Under the pieces are notes generated by a model. The model had not been told where the DNA came from and did no database searches. It saw only the letters and a list, made by a program, of their open reading frames with translations. Source: Plasmodiophora brassicae (taxonomy: Eukaryota). Taken from it: a stretch of DNA of 64,000 nucleotides. The stretch covers positions 496,001-560,000 of the forward strand of contig CP145421.1 in NCBI GenBank assembly GCA_036867785.1. The letters run 5' to 3'. Positions 14,266-25,169 of the stretch are shown here, in pieces. The translations under genes were made by a program, and so were the position numbers. Numbering within the stretch: the first letter of the stretch is position 1; each line of letters starts with the position of its first letter.

Positions 14266-15492
14266 TCAGGCTGCATCTGACGATGCGGTTGTTGGTTTCA
14301 CATCGGGAGACGGCTGATCCGCGGTGGACGAACAGGCATCGACCGCAGGCCCAACTTGGACAGGCGGCTTCGCGTCGATGCTAGGTTGCACGTCGGCATT
14401 ACGCTGCGAATCGCTGGCGGGTTTGACGCCCGGCTCGGACGATTCGGGCACCGGCGCCATTAACGACGACGGGCCATACGAACCCCGTCGATGCAGGAAC
14501 GACTGGAACGATGTTGTCGTTACGGATGCAGATGCAGAGATGGGGCTGGGCGTCATCCAGCATGTGATGGGACTCAGCGCGAACCCGGCAGGGAACCCGC
14601 CAGTCATTCCCGACTTGGGCTGCGACGACGACGATGCCCCCGTTGGGGTGACCCCAGCAGATCCGTTGCCGTACAGATTCGCCCAGGGCTGGATGACCTC
14701 GGCGGATGCGGGCATGGCGGTCCTGTTCGCCCCTGACGAGCCGCCACCCTCCAGGGTGGCACGCAGGGATATGGGCGTCTCCAGGCCATCGAACCCGAAC
14801 GGTCGCCCGCCAGTGAGTGCACCGACTTGCATGAAATCTGGAACGTCGGATGCACTCGGCTGAGCAAACGGCGGCAGGACAACCTGCAGGCCGGCCGGTG
14901 GCGACCGCTTGCGGTTGGCGTCTTGTGCCGCGCCGGCCGATGCGACAATCGGGAATCGGGCTGACATGCCACGATCGGGGCACGCCATGGCAGGGCGTTT
15001 CGCTGGGGGTTCCGTAGACGCGCTCGCGGGGACTAGGTTGGGCGTCACCCCCATCTCCCGGGCGCGCTTCGCCTTATCGTATTTGGCGGTGAGTTTGCCC
15101 TCCTCCAGCTCCTCCAGATCGTCTTTGGTCAGTTCCTGGACGTGGCCGCTGTACGAGACGTAGCGGTTCATGAGGACGTCGAGATCATCCGACGAGAACT
15201 TGTAGATCGTGTCCTTGCCAAACACGACCAGCGCAACGTCGACGCCACAAAGAACCTGGAAATATGATATCAGGTCGACCATTGCACGTTCGGACAACTG
15301 AACGCCAGGACGTACACTGAGTTCGATGGCCTTCTTCAACAGGCCGACTTTCCGCTTGTTGAATGTGACGGTCCGGTTCTTGGCGTCCGGTATCATCTCG
15401 ATCTTGATCTTCCGGCGCCCCACTACGACACCATTGCCAATGTTAGAACCTGCGCGCCGAGCCACGCCGACGAAGGTGACGGTCGCCTTACT
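14266..15492 (-). CDS. MADS-box (MEF2-type) transcription factor
   Basis: GRRKIKIEMIPDAKNRTVTFNKRKVGLLKKAIELSV|LCGVDVALVVF. The ATG is formed across the intron 15423-15491. Confidence 0.9.
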   Translation of the reverse strand, partial: SKATVTFVGVARRAGSNIGNGVVVGRRKIKIEMIPDAKNRTVTFNKRKVGLLKKAIELSVRPGVQLSERAMVDLISYFQVLCGVDVALVVFGKDTIYKFSSDDLDVLMNRYVSYSGHVQELTKDDLEELEEGKLTAKYDKAKRAREMGVTPNLVPASASTEPPAKRPAMACPDRGMSARFPIVASAGAAQDANRKRSPPAGLQVVLPPFAQPSASDVPDFMQVGALTGGRPFGFDGLETPISLRATLEGGGSSGANRTAMPASAEVIQPWANLYGNGSAGVTPTGASSSSQPKSGMTGGFPAGFALSPITCWMTPSPISASASVTTTSFQSFLHRRGSYGPSSLMAPVPESSEPGVKPASDSQRNADVQPSIDAKPPVQVGPAVDACSSTADQPSPDVKPTTASSDAA

Positions 15493-16015
15493 CGTCTATA
15501 TGGATCGTGTACGAAAATAGCAAGTGGCTGCAGCTTCTCGGTCTCTGATTTCGCCTTCGTCGCCACCGCAGACGACGCTTTTGGCAATGCCGCTGGCCGG
15601 CCGTGCTATTTTCGAGACCCCGCGTATTCCGCGCGGCCTCTCCCGACAGGTCCTGGCGGCGCAGTTTTGCTCGATCCCCGGCCGGCCGCCCAACGAGAAT
15701 CGCTGGAGGCCGCCCGCACCCGCTGGCCGCCCCCACTGGACGACCGTAGGCAAAGAGTGCACGAAGTCGACGATACGCGTCGGGCACGCCTCCCGACGAT
15801 CAGTGCATCAGTTCGGGAGCACGTCAGCCGATATAACCAGCTGGCCGACGTCTCCGGTCTGATGGCCGGCCGGCCGATTCAAAGCGTCTGCAGGCAACGA
15901 TAGAGCAGCATGTACGTCGTGTAGGGTCGCCGCCAGCATTCCAGCAAGTCATGGTAGTTGGAAAACACCCTGAGCATGTCGTATATAGGAAACGGCAGCA
16001 ATGTGACGGTTGGGA

Positions 16016-16284
16016 TCATAGCTGCGAAGTTGATTCCAGTGCTATGCTGATCTTCGTCGCGTACCCGCTCCAGACCTCCGCAACGGAGGCAATCTGCCTG
16101 TTGACCTTGTCGAGCGCCACGAGTTCCGCGTTCACCTGGTCGATGCTCGCGCCAAGCATGTCGATGGACGAAACGATGCGCTCCAGCAGCACCTGCTGCT
16201 GGTGGCGGTGCGGATCTGCGAACGAACTTAACAAACGTGATGATCGCGGCCCGAACTGCCTCGCAACCCGGCCATACTTTCCAT
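16016..16284 (-). CDS. DAD4: DASH/Dam1 kinetochore complex subunit Dad4
   Basis: Removing intron 16216-16277 gives MENPHRHQQQVLLERIVSSIDMLGASIDQVNAEL...VWSGYATKISIALEST, matching the Dad4 pattern (MENPH...LLxRI...N..L...W..Y...LE). Confidence 0.8.
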
Positions 16285-16672
16285 GACGACGAGCGCTCCG
16301 TCAACCTGCCAACTCCGCGACTGGGCGCAGCAGGATGCGGTTGCCGGACATGTTCGCCAGTACTCTAGCTAGACGGTGGCACACAAGACTATAGAGTGAC
16401 GGTTTCCATTAGTCCCGCCTCGTATAGCATAAACGCATTAAAAGTTACGTCTCATGCTGCTTGCGTTTCCGTTTGTATGGAATTTCAGCGTCAGAGGAAC
16501 TGCTTGAAAACCCGCTTGAAGACCTTTAATTGTTGAACGATTTGTTAAAGAATTTGAGCTTGAGATTATGTGTATTTTACCTTTGGGAACGCGTTCATGA
16601 AGACGGTCAAAGTCTTTCTGATCCCCGTTCATGCCCTGCCTTCCATCGCTGTTAAATAGCAGTCATGATGAA

Positions 16673-18446
16673 TGGAGATATGGGGATCAATTGCAGTTCG
16701 CAAATACCATGCTCCTTAACGACTCTTCTCACGTTTCTTGTCATGGTAGCGATGTATCTGCTCGCAGCGGCGTGCGTCGGCGCCAGATGGGTCAAGAAAA
16801 GTTGCAACGCAGCGGCAATGACAACGGCGGATCCCCGCTTGTTGCTTCTTGTTGCCACGCCATTTTTTGAACTCGATTGCGTTTGTGTTCCCCGCGCTCC
16901 TGTTGTACTGCTCAGCCTCCATGGAATCCAAAGTGCCTGGTGTAAGCCGACACACTTCGGATTTCGAATGTCCCTTTCACACGATTCCCTGAACACATCA
17001 TTTGTTGTTTTCCGGTGCCAACGCAGTCGTGGGATATCGCGACCCGTGAAGGGGCCATTTAGTGTCAGGAGACGTCGACATAGCAGGTCGGCGCCGGAAT
17101 AAGTCCGTGCGAGCGGGGACCGACGGCAGTCGGTCAACGCGTCGTCGTTGAGTCGTGACAGTTTGACCGACTTTCCCAATGGCACACACGCGAGGACGCC
17201 CTGAGACCCCCGAGACGCACCCCGAGACCACCGAGACGCGCCCCGAGACCCCCAAAACTCCTCGAACCACGTCGTCGCAGACATCGAATCGACCGAGACT
17301 ATCGACCCTGCGCGACCGCCGGCCGGTGCCTTTGTCGACAACGTCGTTTACAACACCCGTCCGGCTGCACTCGTTCACGGGCGATGACTCGGTAGATTCG
17401 ATGTCTGCGACGACGTGGTTCGAGGAGTTTTGCCGGTTTGCCGACGCTGACCCGACGTCAACTGCACCGTTGTCGAATACGGCCATGAACCTGTTGACCT
17501 CGAGTCTGGACGGCGTGGCGCTGAAGCTGTACGTGGCGATCAAGCCATCGTTCCCGCAGCCTCTCAAGGCCATGCTTCTGGAGAACTTTCCGGAGATCAC
17601 TGCTGCGAGTGCCAAGGCCGATTTCGACGCCCTGTGCCAGACGGACCCGTTCGCCGGGCATCTCGTGGAGTTTCGCCGCCGCTACTTTGTCGCTGTCGCC
17701 CGCGACCCGGACTGCCGTCTAAACGACTCCTCGCTGGCCGAGAAGCTTCGCACATCGCTGACCCCTGCCTTGGCCGAGGAATTGTACAAGTGGCAGCTCA
17801 GCACCTTCTCCGGCATGGTGGATAAGGCGGTCCATCTGGCGCCGCTGTTCCCGGTGCCGTCGACGGTTACTCTGAACGTGGTCGCAAGCGCTCTGCAGCC
17901 GCTGACCGACGAGGAGCGGGACCGTTGCCGCCGCGAAGGCCGCTGTTTTCGCTGTCGCGAACCTGGACAGATGTCGAGTCAGTGCCCTCGCTCTCAGCCG
18001 GGAAATGCCCGCGGGTGATCCGAGCCGGGTTCGCGGATCGCCCAGTACATCACAACATTCTTGAACCCGATTGCCTCTTCATCTCTTCTCTCTATTCCAG
18101 CGTACGATTCGTTCCGTCCGTCACTGTCCCCATTCAGATTTTTATCGCGTCACGTGTCATCTTGACTAATTAAGGCCCTTATCGATTGTGGCGCTACATC
18201 TTCGTTCGTCGACTGGTCCTTCTCTCGGTCGCACGACATTCCCTGCGTTGCGAAACTATCGCTTGCTTATATTTTCTCAAGCTGGGTGACCGCCGTTGTC
18301 ACCGCTGCTTTCGTTGCAACTTTTCTTGACCCATCCGGCGCCGACGCACGCCGCTGCGAGCAGATACATCGCTCCCATGACAAGAAACGTGAGACGAGTC
18401 GTTAAGGAGCATGGTATTTGCGAGCTGCAGTTGATCCCCATCTCCA
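16673..18446. repeat. Inverted repeat pair of ~155 bp (16673-16830 and 18290-18446)
   Basis: GGGGATCAATTGCAGTTCGCAAATACCATGCTCCTTAACGAC...GACAACGGCGG recurs as the reverse complement with scattered substitutions. Confidence 0.9.
17179..18270 (+). mobile_element. Ty3/gypsy LTR-retrotransposon gag-protease fragment (defective)
   Basis: Gag-like ORF ending LTDEERDRCRREGRCFRCREPGQMSSQCP (zinc knuckle, His to Gln). Slippery G GGA AAT at 18000-18006, an open -1 frame, then a frameshifted aspartic protease motif ALIDCGATSSFVD at 18175-18213. No RT or integrase. Confidence 0.8.
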
Positions 18447-19368
18447 GCCAGGTCGACCGGCTGGTTGTTGACAGTAGGTTGGGAAAATGCGACTAGGTAT
18501 CTAAAACCAATTACAGATTATATCACCAGTACAGGCGAACCTTGCACTGACGTTGATTATATCGAAGCACGAGGCGCCGTTCGCTGGGAATGAAAGAAAA
18601 AGGTCACATCAACAGCGTAGTTGCCAAATCTTGACTCAGCCTCACGAGCCGGTGGTGCAGGCGCAATTGCAGGCGAGGGCGCATTGGGGCATACGATCGG
18701 ACCAGGCGGGGACGCAACTCCAATTTGGAACAGCTGCATGCAGTCCTGGCACGCCCAGTGAGGCGCGCGGGTTCGGGTGATCAGGCGGGAGCATCCTCAT
18801 GCGATGGCCTGCCAACATGCCAAGTGCAGCAGATGCGGCGACGCCGCACTGAGTCAGGGATGGCAAAACGCGTTTCCTCAATCGGTTATAAATTGTTTAA
18901 AGTAAATATTAGAGTTATCTTATACCCTAGCCCTAAAGTCATCCCGGTTTTTATGGACATATCGGCAGCCCCGCCTCTGTAAATTGTGTTCGGACTCCGA
19001 AAATCAGCAGTGGTCTTCCTGCAAATTCCTAGCAGCTCCTGCTCATCATGCCTGTAGGGAGACGACATCGTCAAGTTTCAACAAGGCCCACTGCATCGCG
19101 CCCGGTCACAAGACCGTAGCCGAGATCCTGTGGCTCAGTGTTCTGTTCGACGCCAGTTGTATACGTTCTGTGGGGACGAGGGCAAAGTTGGCGCGAAGCA
19201 AACGAATACTGGTAACGTCAACTGAAATCCTGGAGTTGCGGCGCAATTGTGTCGCAAACGCCAAATACACAAACTCAGTTTGAGTGGATGAACTTTCGGT
19301 ATGTGAGACGTGACTTTAAATGTGTTTTACGCTACGCGAGACGGGACTAATGGAAACTGTCATTCCAC

Positions 19369-19400
19369 AGTAGGGACACTCCTATAGGAGCGTCCCTACT
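19369..19400. repeat. 32 bp near-perfect palindrome
   Basis: AGTAGGGACACTCCTATAGGAGCGTCCCTACT, one mismatched pair. Confidence 0.9.
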
Positions 19401-19542
19401 CAAGCAGCAACGAAATCGCAAAAGAGGCGCTGTGGCAAAATTTTGACCATGTTGGACTCCATATTGTAACTGCGGGGAGCCATCGCGCTTTGGTGGTCGT
19501 TGGCAATCGTCCGACAGACGCCGGCGCCCGGGTCACGCGAAC

Positions 19543-20450
19543 ATGGTATGAGTTCGGATGGGAGCGCCGCGTGCCCGAATGACATGCTGAGTCGGTGTCT
19601 CGCCGGGTGTTTCAGTCTCGTCGCTATGATAGCCGCACGACAATCTTCTCGCCCGAGGGCCGACTGTACCAGGTCGAGTACGCCATGGAGGCGATTTCGC
19701 AGGCCGGCAGCGCCATTGGCATTTTAGCCAACGATGGCGTCCTCCTGGCCGCTGAAAAACGTGTCACATCGAAATTGCTCGACATTCGAAAGGCGACCGA
19801 GAAGATTTATACGATTGATGATCATATCGCGTAAGCCCTTTGGTCGCACCTGCTGCGAAATCGTCGAATTGTGTTCATTCCGATTTCTTAGGACTGCTGT
19901 TGCGGGAATCACTGCCGACGCCAACGTGCTGATCAACTACACGCGCTTGAGAGCCCAGCAGTATGCATACCAGTACCAGGAGCCGATTCCTATCGAGCGC
20001 CTCCTTCATCACGTTTGCGATCTCAAGCAGGAGTACACACAGTTCGGCGGTAAGCGCCCGTTCGGCGTGTCGTTCCTGTTCTCCGGCTGGGACCAGCACT
20101 ACGGGTTCCAGTTGTACCAAAGCGACCCGAGCGGCAACTACAACGGCTGGAAGGCCACCGCCATCGGCAGTAACAGCCAGGCGGCGCAGTCGATCCTCAA
20201 GAGCGACTACAAAGAGGGCGAGATGACGTTGGAGCAGGCCAAGCTGCTCGCCATCAAGGTCCTCAACAAGACCATGGACACGACATCGCCGACGGCGGAG
20301 AAACTCGAGTTCTCCACATTGACGCGCGATGCGAAAGGCCAGGTCGTCCACAGCATCCTGACCAAGAAAGAGCTCCAGGCCCTGCTCGACGAAGCCGCCA
20401 AGCAGGGCCTGACGGGGTCGGGCGCCGGCTCCGCAACGTCATCGGTCTAA
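19543..20450 (+). CDS. PSMA4: 20S proteasome subunit alpha-3 (PSMA4/Pre9)
   Basis: ATG, intron 19546-19615, then [27 protein letters not shown]; also [15 protein letters not shown] and [17 protein letters not shown]. Confidence 0.96.
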
Positions 20451-20646
20451 ATCTCCGCCTCGTCGTCACTGAACCTATAATGAAACGCGCTCGACTGCTG
20501 TCGACCCAGTACCGGCGTCCATCCCAATCGACACACACGGTGGGCCTCCCGTCCGTGTGCGCCCCGGCCCGGTCGGCATCGTCCATGCCAGCGCGCCTGT
20601 GCGGTGGGATGGGACCGGACTGCGCAAGGACGACAAGCGATTCGTG

Positions 20647-21585
20647 ATGGCCTCCGATCAGGCGGCGCTGCAGGCGCGCGCCCAGGAGCGCGATGCGCTC
20701 GAGAAGGTCCGCCCGGCGCAGGTCGTCCGTGGCGTCGCCCCACTGAACCGTCGGCACAGGTCTGCTGCCGGCTGGCGTCGTGCCTGCAGCAGATGTGCAC
20801 GCGGCTGGCCACGATCGAGGAGGAGAACGAGCTGATACGCGCCCGGCTGAAGGCATACCCGGGGGTGGACAAGCCGGACCGGTTCTCGAAATCCAATATG
20901 GAACGAACTAAGTCAGTGGCGTATATATCCGCGTTGTGCCTGGCGGCGCCATTCGCTGACGACGGTCTCTGGCAGATATTACGCGTATATCGATTTCGAG
21001 AACCACTACAAGTTCGGGTCGCATCCGAACGTAAGAACCGAGTCGCATTTGTCCAGTAGGATGCTCGTTGCATCGTGATTCGTGACGTCGTCGTCTGAAC
21101 TGGGTCGCAGTCCCTTCCGTTATGCGGGAGATCCTGGATCGGCTTGCCGATGCACTCTGGGCGGACTGCCAGATCGACCTGCTGCCTACCCTTCACTCCA
21201 GGTTCATCCGAACCGTACGTCGTCATCTGGCTGGTCGGTTCGCCATGGCCCGTGCCTCTGACGGATTCGCGCTAGATGAACGGGTTCAAGAACAAGAAGG
21301 CTCCCAAGCAGATCATGACTTCGCGAACCGGCGAACAATTCTTCATTCGCGCCGACCGACGAGACCATTTACAGTCGCTGTATGGGGTAATGGGTCCAGC
21401 GTCGTGCGCGTGTGCTGGCACACGTTTGATTCGTACGGTGCAAACAGCCCGGGCGCGAAGGCATGCTGAACCAGCTCGGTCTGTGCCCACTACTGGTCCG
21501 CGTCGGATGCGAAGCATCGAAGATGGCGGAAGCTCAAGACGACGTGTGCGCCCCTCGCCCGTCTATCTGTACATGTAATATATAG
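20647..21585 (+). CDS. Hypothetical protein with N-terminal coiled coil, multi-exon
   Basis: A chain of short GT-AG introns links MASDQAALQARAQERDALEK|VCCRL..., ...MREILDRLADALW... and MNGFKNKKAPK... in compatible phases. No recognised family. Confidence 0.45.
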
Positions 21586-21660
21586 GAAGCGAACCCGTTA
21601 CGATGACGAAACGCAAGCGTGCCGCGCGTTGTAGTTCAAGTACGACGTGGGGAGGGCGCA

Positions 21661-22035
21661 TCACAGACGATTGATCGAGTCGAGCTCCAGGCGGCGAGCA
21701 CGAACGTTGACGAGCTCCTCGATCAGGCCGTATTTCTCGAACGGGTCATAGTCCTGCAGGTGCTCGGGCATGTACTCGTGCTTCAAGGACAGGTCGTGCG
21801 CGCGGCGGATGCGACGGACGCGCGCCTCGAGAACATCCGGCGGGAGACGCGCGATCGCCTCCTGGATATCCTCCCGCTCCAGCAGGATGTCCTCGAACAG
21901 CAGCCCTGCAGCGACGTCAGCCGACCTGCCCGCGTCACCACCTCATACGCGGGCCACACGACCATGCTTGCGTAGCTGGCGGGCCAGGCGCGGCCGCGTC
22001 AGGTCGCCTACCCATTTCGTGATCCGCCTCAGCAT
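21661..22035 (-). CDS. QCR7: Cytochrome bc1 complex subunit 7
   Basis: Spliced ...RQLRKHG|LLFEDILLEREDIQEAIARLPPDVLEARVRRIRRAHDLSLKHEYMP...DPF, typical of UQCRB/Qcr7. Confidence 0.9.
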
Positions 22036-22328
22036 CGTCACGGCGCTCCCTGCTCCAAGGTCAGGCAATCCTCCTTCCAAAAATACGCGAAGCCGTGTTA
22101 TAGCACAGAAGGCGTCAGTCAGTCAGTGACCCCAACACACCCGCACTCTGCGACGCGCCCGTTTCGAAACCGGCGGTTCGGGAATCGCCTGCACTCTCTC
22201 TCTCCAATGTGGAGACTACTTATTCCAGACTGTTCCAATGCCTTTCATACGGGGGCCGCCGCGCGTAATAACAACAACAGGGCTTTTATCGACAGGCGAA
22301 TAGGGGTTTCAGCTGGTACGCGCTGGGC

Positions 22329-23375
22329 TCAGTTCACGCGCGCTGCCTTCCGGACACGCCCGCGCACGTGCGCGTCCGACTCCAAGGGTTGCTTGCGGCT
22401 GCGGACCGCCTCGAGCTGTTTCTCCATCAGGCCCTGGATCATCTTGTCGTCCGACAGCTGTTTGACGATCTGCTTGGCGGCCGCCTCGTAGGCGGTGCCC
22501 TTGGCCTGTCCCAGGATCATCGGGAACAGGTGCATCTTGCGGAACGCCCACTGCGCCTGAATCATCTCAATGTTGGTCATCTTCTTCAGATCGTCGAGCT
22601 TCGCCTGCAATTCCACCGGCGCGCTCCTGACAACGCCCGAAACGCCTTCGATGAGCCGGATGGCGGCGTCCATAATCCCGCGCAGCTGGGCCTGCATGTT
22701 CGACGGCGTTTGCTCGATCAGGGCGTTGATCGCCGCCGACACCGTCATCTGCTTCAGCTCATCTTTACGTTGCAGCAGCGCCATCGCAGCCGACTCCAGG
22801 ACCGGCTGCGTCGTACGGTCCTTCATCAGACCAGCGAGCAGCTGGAACAGGTTCGTCGACTGCATAACCTTCTGGGCGCTGGAAATAATGGCAAGCAGTT
22901 GCGCCTTCGGCATGGCCTTCAGGTCGGCAACGATATCGCCCAGGCGGGACACGTAGGCGGCAACCTGTTCATCGCTGATGTCCGCTTTGCGTGCCTCTTC
23001 GACGACGGCACTGAGGACCGGGTCCTGCGTGATCTTCTTCTCCATGAACTTCAGGACGGCCCCAGGGTTCTCTTTTTCGATGGCCTGAATGATCGCAATG
23101 TCCTCATCGATGCCTTCCACGCTCTTGGCGACAGCAGTGACATCCGCTTCTTCCTGATCGTCGATGATGCCGTCGTTGGTCACGGCTTCCTTCAGCTTCT
23201 CAGCAACTTCCGGATGCCCGTCGAGCTTCTTGCTCATGTCCTCGACAACATGCTCCAGGATGCTTTCCGGGTTGCGCCTGACGGCCTCCATGGACACGTC
23301 AACAGGTGCGCGTGCAGCGACCTCATACACCGGCAGGGCAACGGCCATGACAGCCATCACCGCGAAGAACTTCAT
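22329..23375 (-). CDS. Predicted secreted all-alpha protein (348 aa), intronless, unknown function
   Basis: MKFFAVMAVMAVALPVYEVAA signal-peptide-like start, strong GC3 codon bias, no Cys, basic C-terminus. Confidence 0.8.
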   Translation of the reverse strand: MKFFAVMAVMAVALPVYEVAARAPVDVSMEAVRRNPESILEHVVEDMSKKLDGHPEVAEKLKEAVTNDGIIDDQEEADVTAVAKSVEGIDEDIAIIQAIEKENPGAVLKFMEKKITQDPVLSAVVEEARKADISDEQVAAYVSRLGDIVADLKAMPKAQLLAIISSAQKVMQSTNLFQLLAGLMKDRTTQPVLESAAMALLQRKDELKQMTVSAAINALIEQTPSNMQAQLRGIMDAAIRLIEGVSGVVRSAPVELQAKLDDLKKMTNIEMIQAQWAFRKMHLFPMILGQAKGTAYEAAAKQIVKQLSDDKMIQGLMEKQLEAVRSRKQPLESDAHVRGRVRKAARVN

Positions 23376-24144
23376 CGTGCGCGATGACGCGGGCAGACAG
23401 GCAGCGTACTGATACGAACACGATCGGGGAATGGAGCCAAATCGATGGCGCCGACCGCGCCGTTGGCCCGCGGCATTGGTGATGCTGCAATAATTAGAAC
23501 CGCGGAGCGGCCTCCATCCCAGTGGATTCGCGTTCCGCCAGATCCTGCCGTGTTTCACCAAAAATAGAAACAACTGCGAACGACACATCGCGACCGTCGA
23601 ACTGTACTGTGAATATTCTTCGATGAAGGCTTACCGATAAGGTAATTGGGGCGGCCGTGGCCTTTCTTCATCCTCGCAGGCTGTTCGTCAGCTGCTGTGT
23701 GGCCTCTCGCTGAACCGACGTCTGGCGCGATTCGCTGAAGGCGTGTTGCACAGCAAGCGCCAACGCTTACGCTTAGCCACATCGACTTCAGCGAATCGCG
23801 TCAGACGTCGGTTCCGCCAGGCGTCACAGAGTTATTGACGAACAGCCATTGTGGCTGAAGGCCCCGAGCCTGCAACGCCTTCCATCGCAATGTACATTGG
23901 ATGTACTGTTCAGTTCACGCGCCGCATCATGATTCATGATTCCTTCAAGAACGTATGCAAGATCCCCAATCGTTGGTCCGTACTGAATTACGACTCCTGA
24001 CTGTTGCGATATGGACGTTTCAGCTCCAATTGTACCAGTCAACCGAGCCCATAATGCGGCAGCCAATGATCAAAATAATAGGGTACGCTGTATTGACAGG
24101 TCTAGTGGCCGAATTGCACGTCGTTCGAACATAATCAGTGGCGG

Positions 24145-25066
24145 TCATTCCGTCGTAGGTTGCACCGGTTGCCCTAACGAACAAGAGCGTGAACAGGGGG
24201 ACACAGATTGCATAGCGGGCGCTTACGCTGCCTGAAGTGGCGATGATGTGATGGCAATTCGGAGGCCTCGCCCGCTTGCCCAGACGCCTCCCGGCGGCGC
24301 TTCTGAACCAGACATTAGTGAGGAAGTATGACGACAATGGGAACTCTGCAAACCAACCCGCCGCTTCTGGATGTTCTCAACGACTTTTGCCTGCTGGTGT
24401 TTCTCCATGATAAAGTCGTACTCTTTCTTTGCTGCTGACAATTCATTGCGATGCTTCTGAGCCCGTACAGCATTCTCGTAGGCTGCCATGGATGTCAGAA
24501 CGTGCAACAACCAAAACAGAACATCCTTACAGAGCTTCTCCGTCAGGTGATGCCATTTGAATCCTTTCAGATAGCGGATGTTCCAAATGTCGTCATGAAA
24601 CTTGGAGCGCTTCTTGCCACCGATTTGGGTATTGTTAAGCGACTCTGCCACTTGTTTCGCAATGCGTTTCTTGGCGAATTCAATCCAGCCGTCAACGTAA
24701 TTTTTCCTTGTCGATCCTGTGGCGAACTGGTGTCAGCGAGGCGCCGACCCGTTCACCGATTGAATATATTATTGGCTTACCTTTGAACTTCTTCCTTCTT
24801 CTCGCAGTGGCAGCGTCCTCTGGCGTAAGGTAAATCCTGCCAACTTCTCCGAACTGCGACATCATTCGACGAAGCAGGTGAACGGACATGAAAGGTGGAA
24901 TACGGCTTAGGTAGACAACCCCTGATTTCCGAGTGCGTTTCTCGAATTCCTCCCATGGCTTTTCATCGTCATTATCGATTGCAGTTTCATTCGAATCCTG
25001 TAAACCGATGTCCTTCACCTCCGAGATGATTTCGTTGGAATCCATAGAGGCGACATCGTGGTCCAT
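24145..25066 (-). CDS. ESF2: Pre-rRNA processing protein ESF2/ABT1, multi-exon
   Basis: GVVYLSRIPPFM, GRIYLTPED, GWIEF, LNNTQIGGKKRSKFHDDIWNIRYLKGFKWHHLTE. Ends approximate. Confidence 0.92.
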
Positions 25067-25169
25067 GGCGATGACCTTGTCGAAGTCCGCCACGGACTCC
25101 GCTGCGGATAGCTAACTTTGGTGTCGTAGTTGGGGCGGACTGCCTCAGGTCGTTTCCAGGATCCACTCA

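Larger units (their letters stand above)
16388..19371. mobile_element. Degenerate non-autonomous DNA transposon bounded by ~67 bp terminal inverted repeats, with composite interior
   Basis: 16388-16454 matches the reverse complement of 19304-19371 (hand count: 11 mismatches plus 1 gap; shared core GTTTCCATTAGTCCCG). The interior has no intact host gene. Confidence 0.7.

Noticed and set aside
16440-17050. Possible MULE-like transposase remnant on the minus strand (SMEAEQY...NTNAIE)
   Set aside because: Only one short motif, with stops and frameshifts. Not enough to name the transposon superfamily.
17200-17250. Short repeats with variable spacers (also 34078-34209) considered as CRISPR-like arrays
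   Set aside because: Units are 6-8 bp with very short spacers, the context is eukaryotic, and there are no cas genes.
18921-18938. CCCTAGCCCTAAA telomere-like motif
   Set aside because: Only two imperfect units; compatible with chance.
20647-20870. N-terminal coiled coil aligns by eye with DASH subunit Dad2, near the Dad4 gene
   Set aside because: The similarity is only a heptad pattern, the conserved Trp is absent, and the gene appears to continue for ~250 aa, too long for Dad2. A DASH_Dad2 HMM test would settle it.
22368-23387. 339 aa plus-strand ORF
   Set aside because: Antisense shadow of the codon-biased secreted-protein gene. The same applies to long shadows such as 42938-43897, 12871-13758 and 26297-27250.
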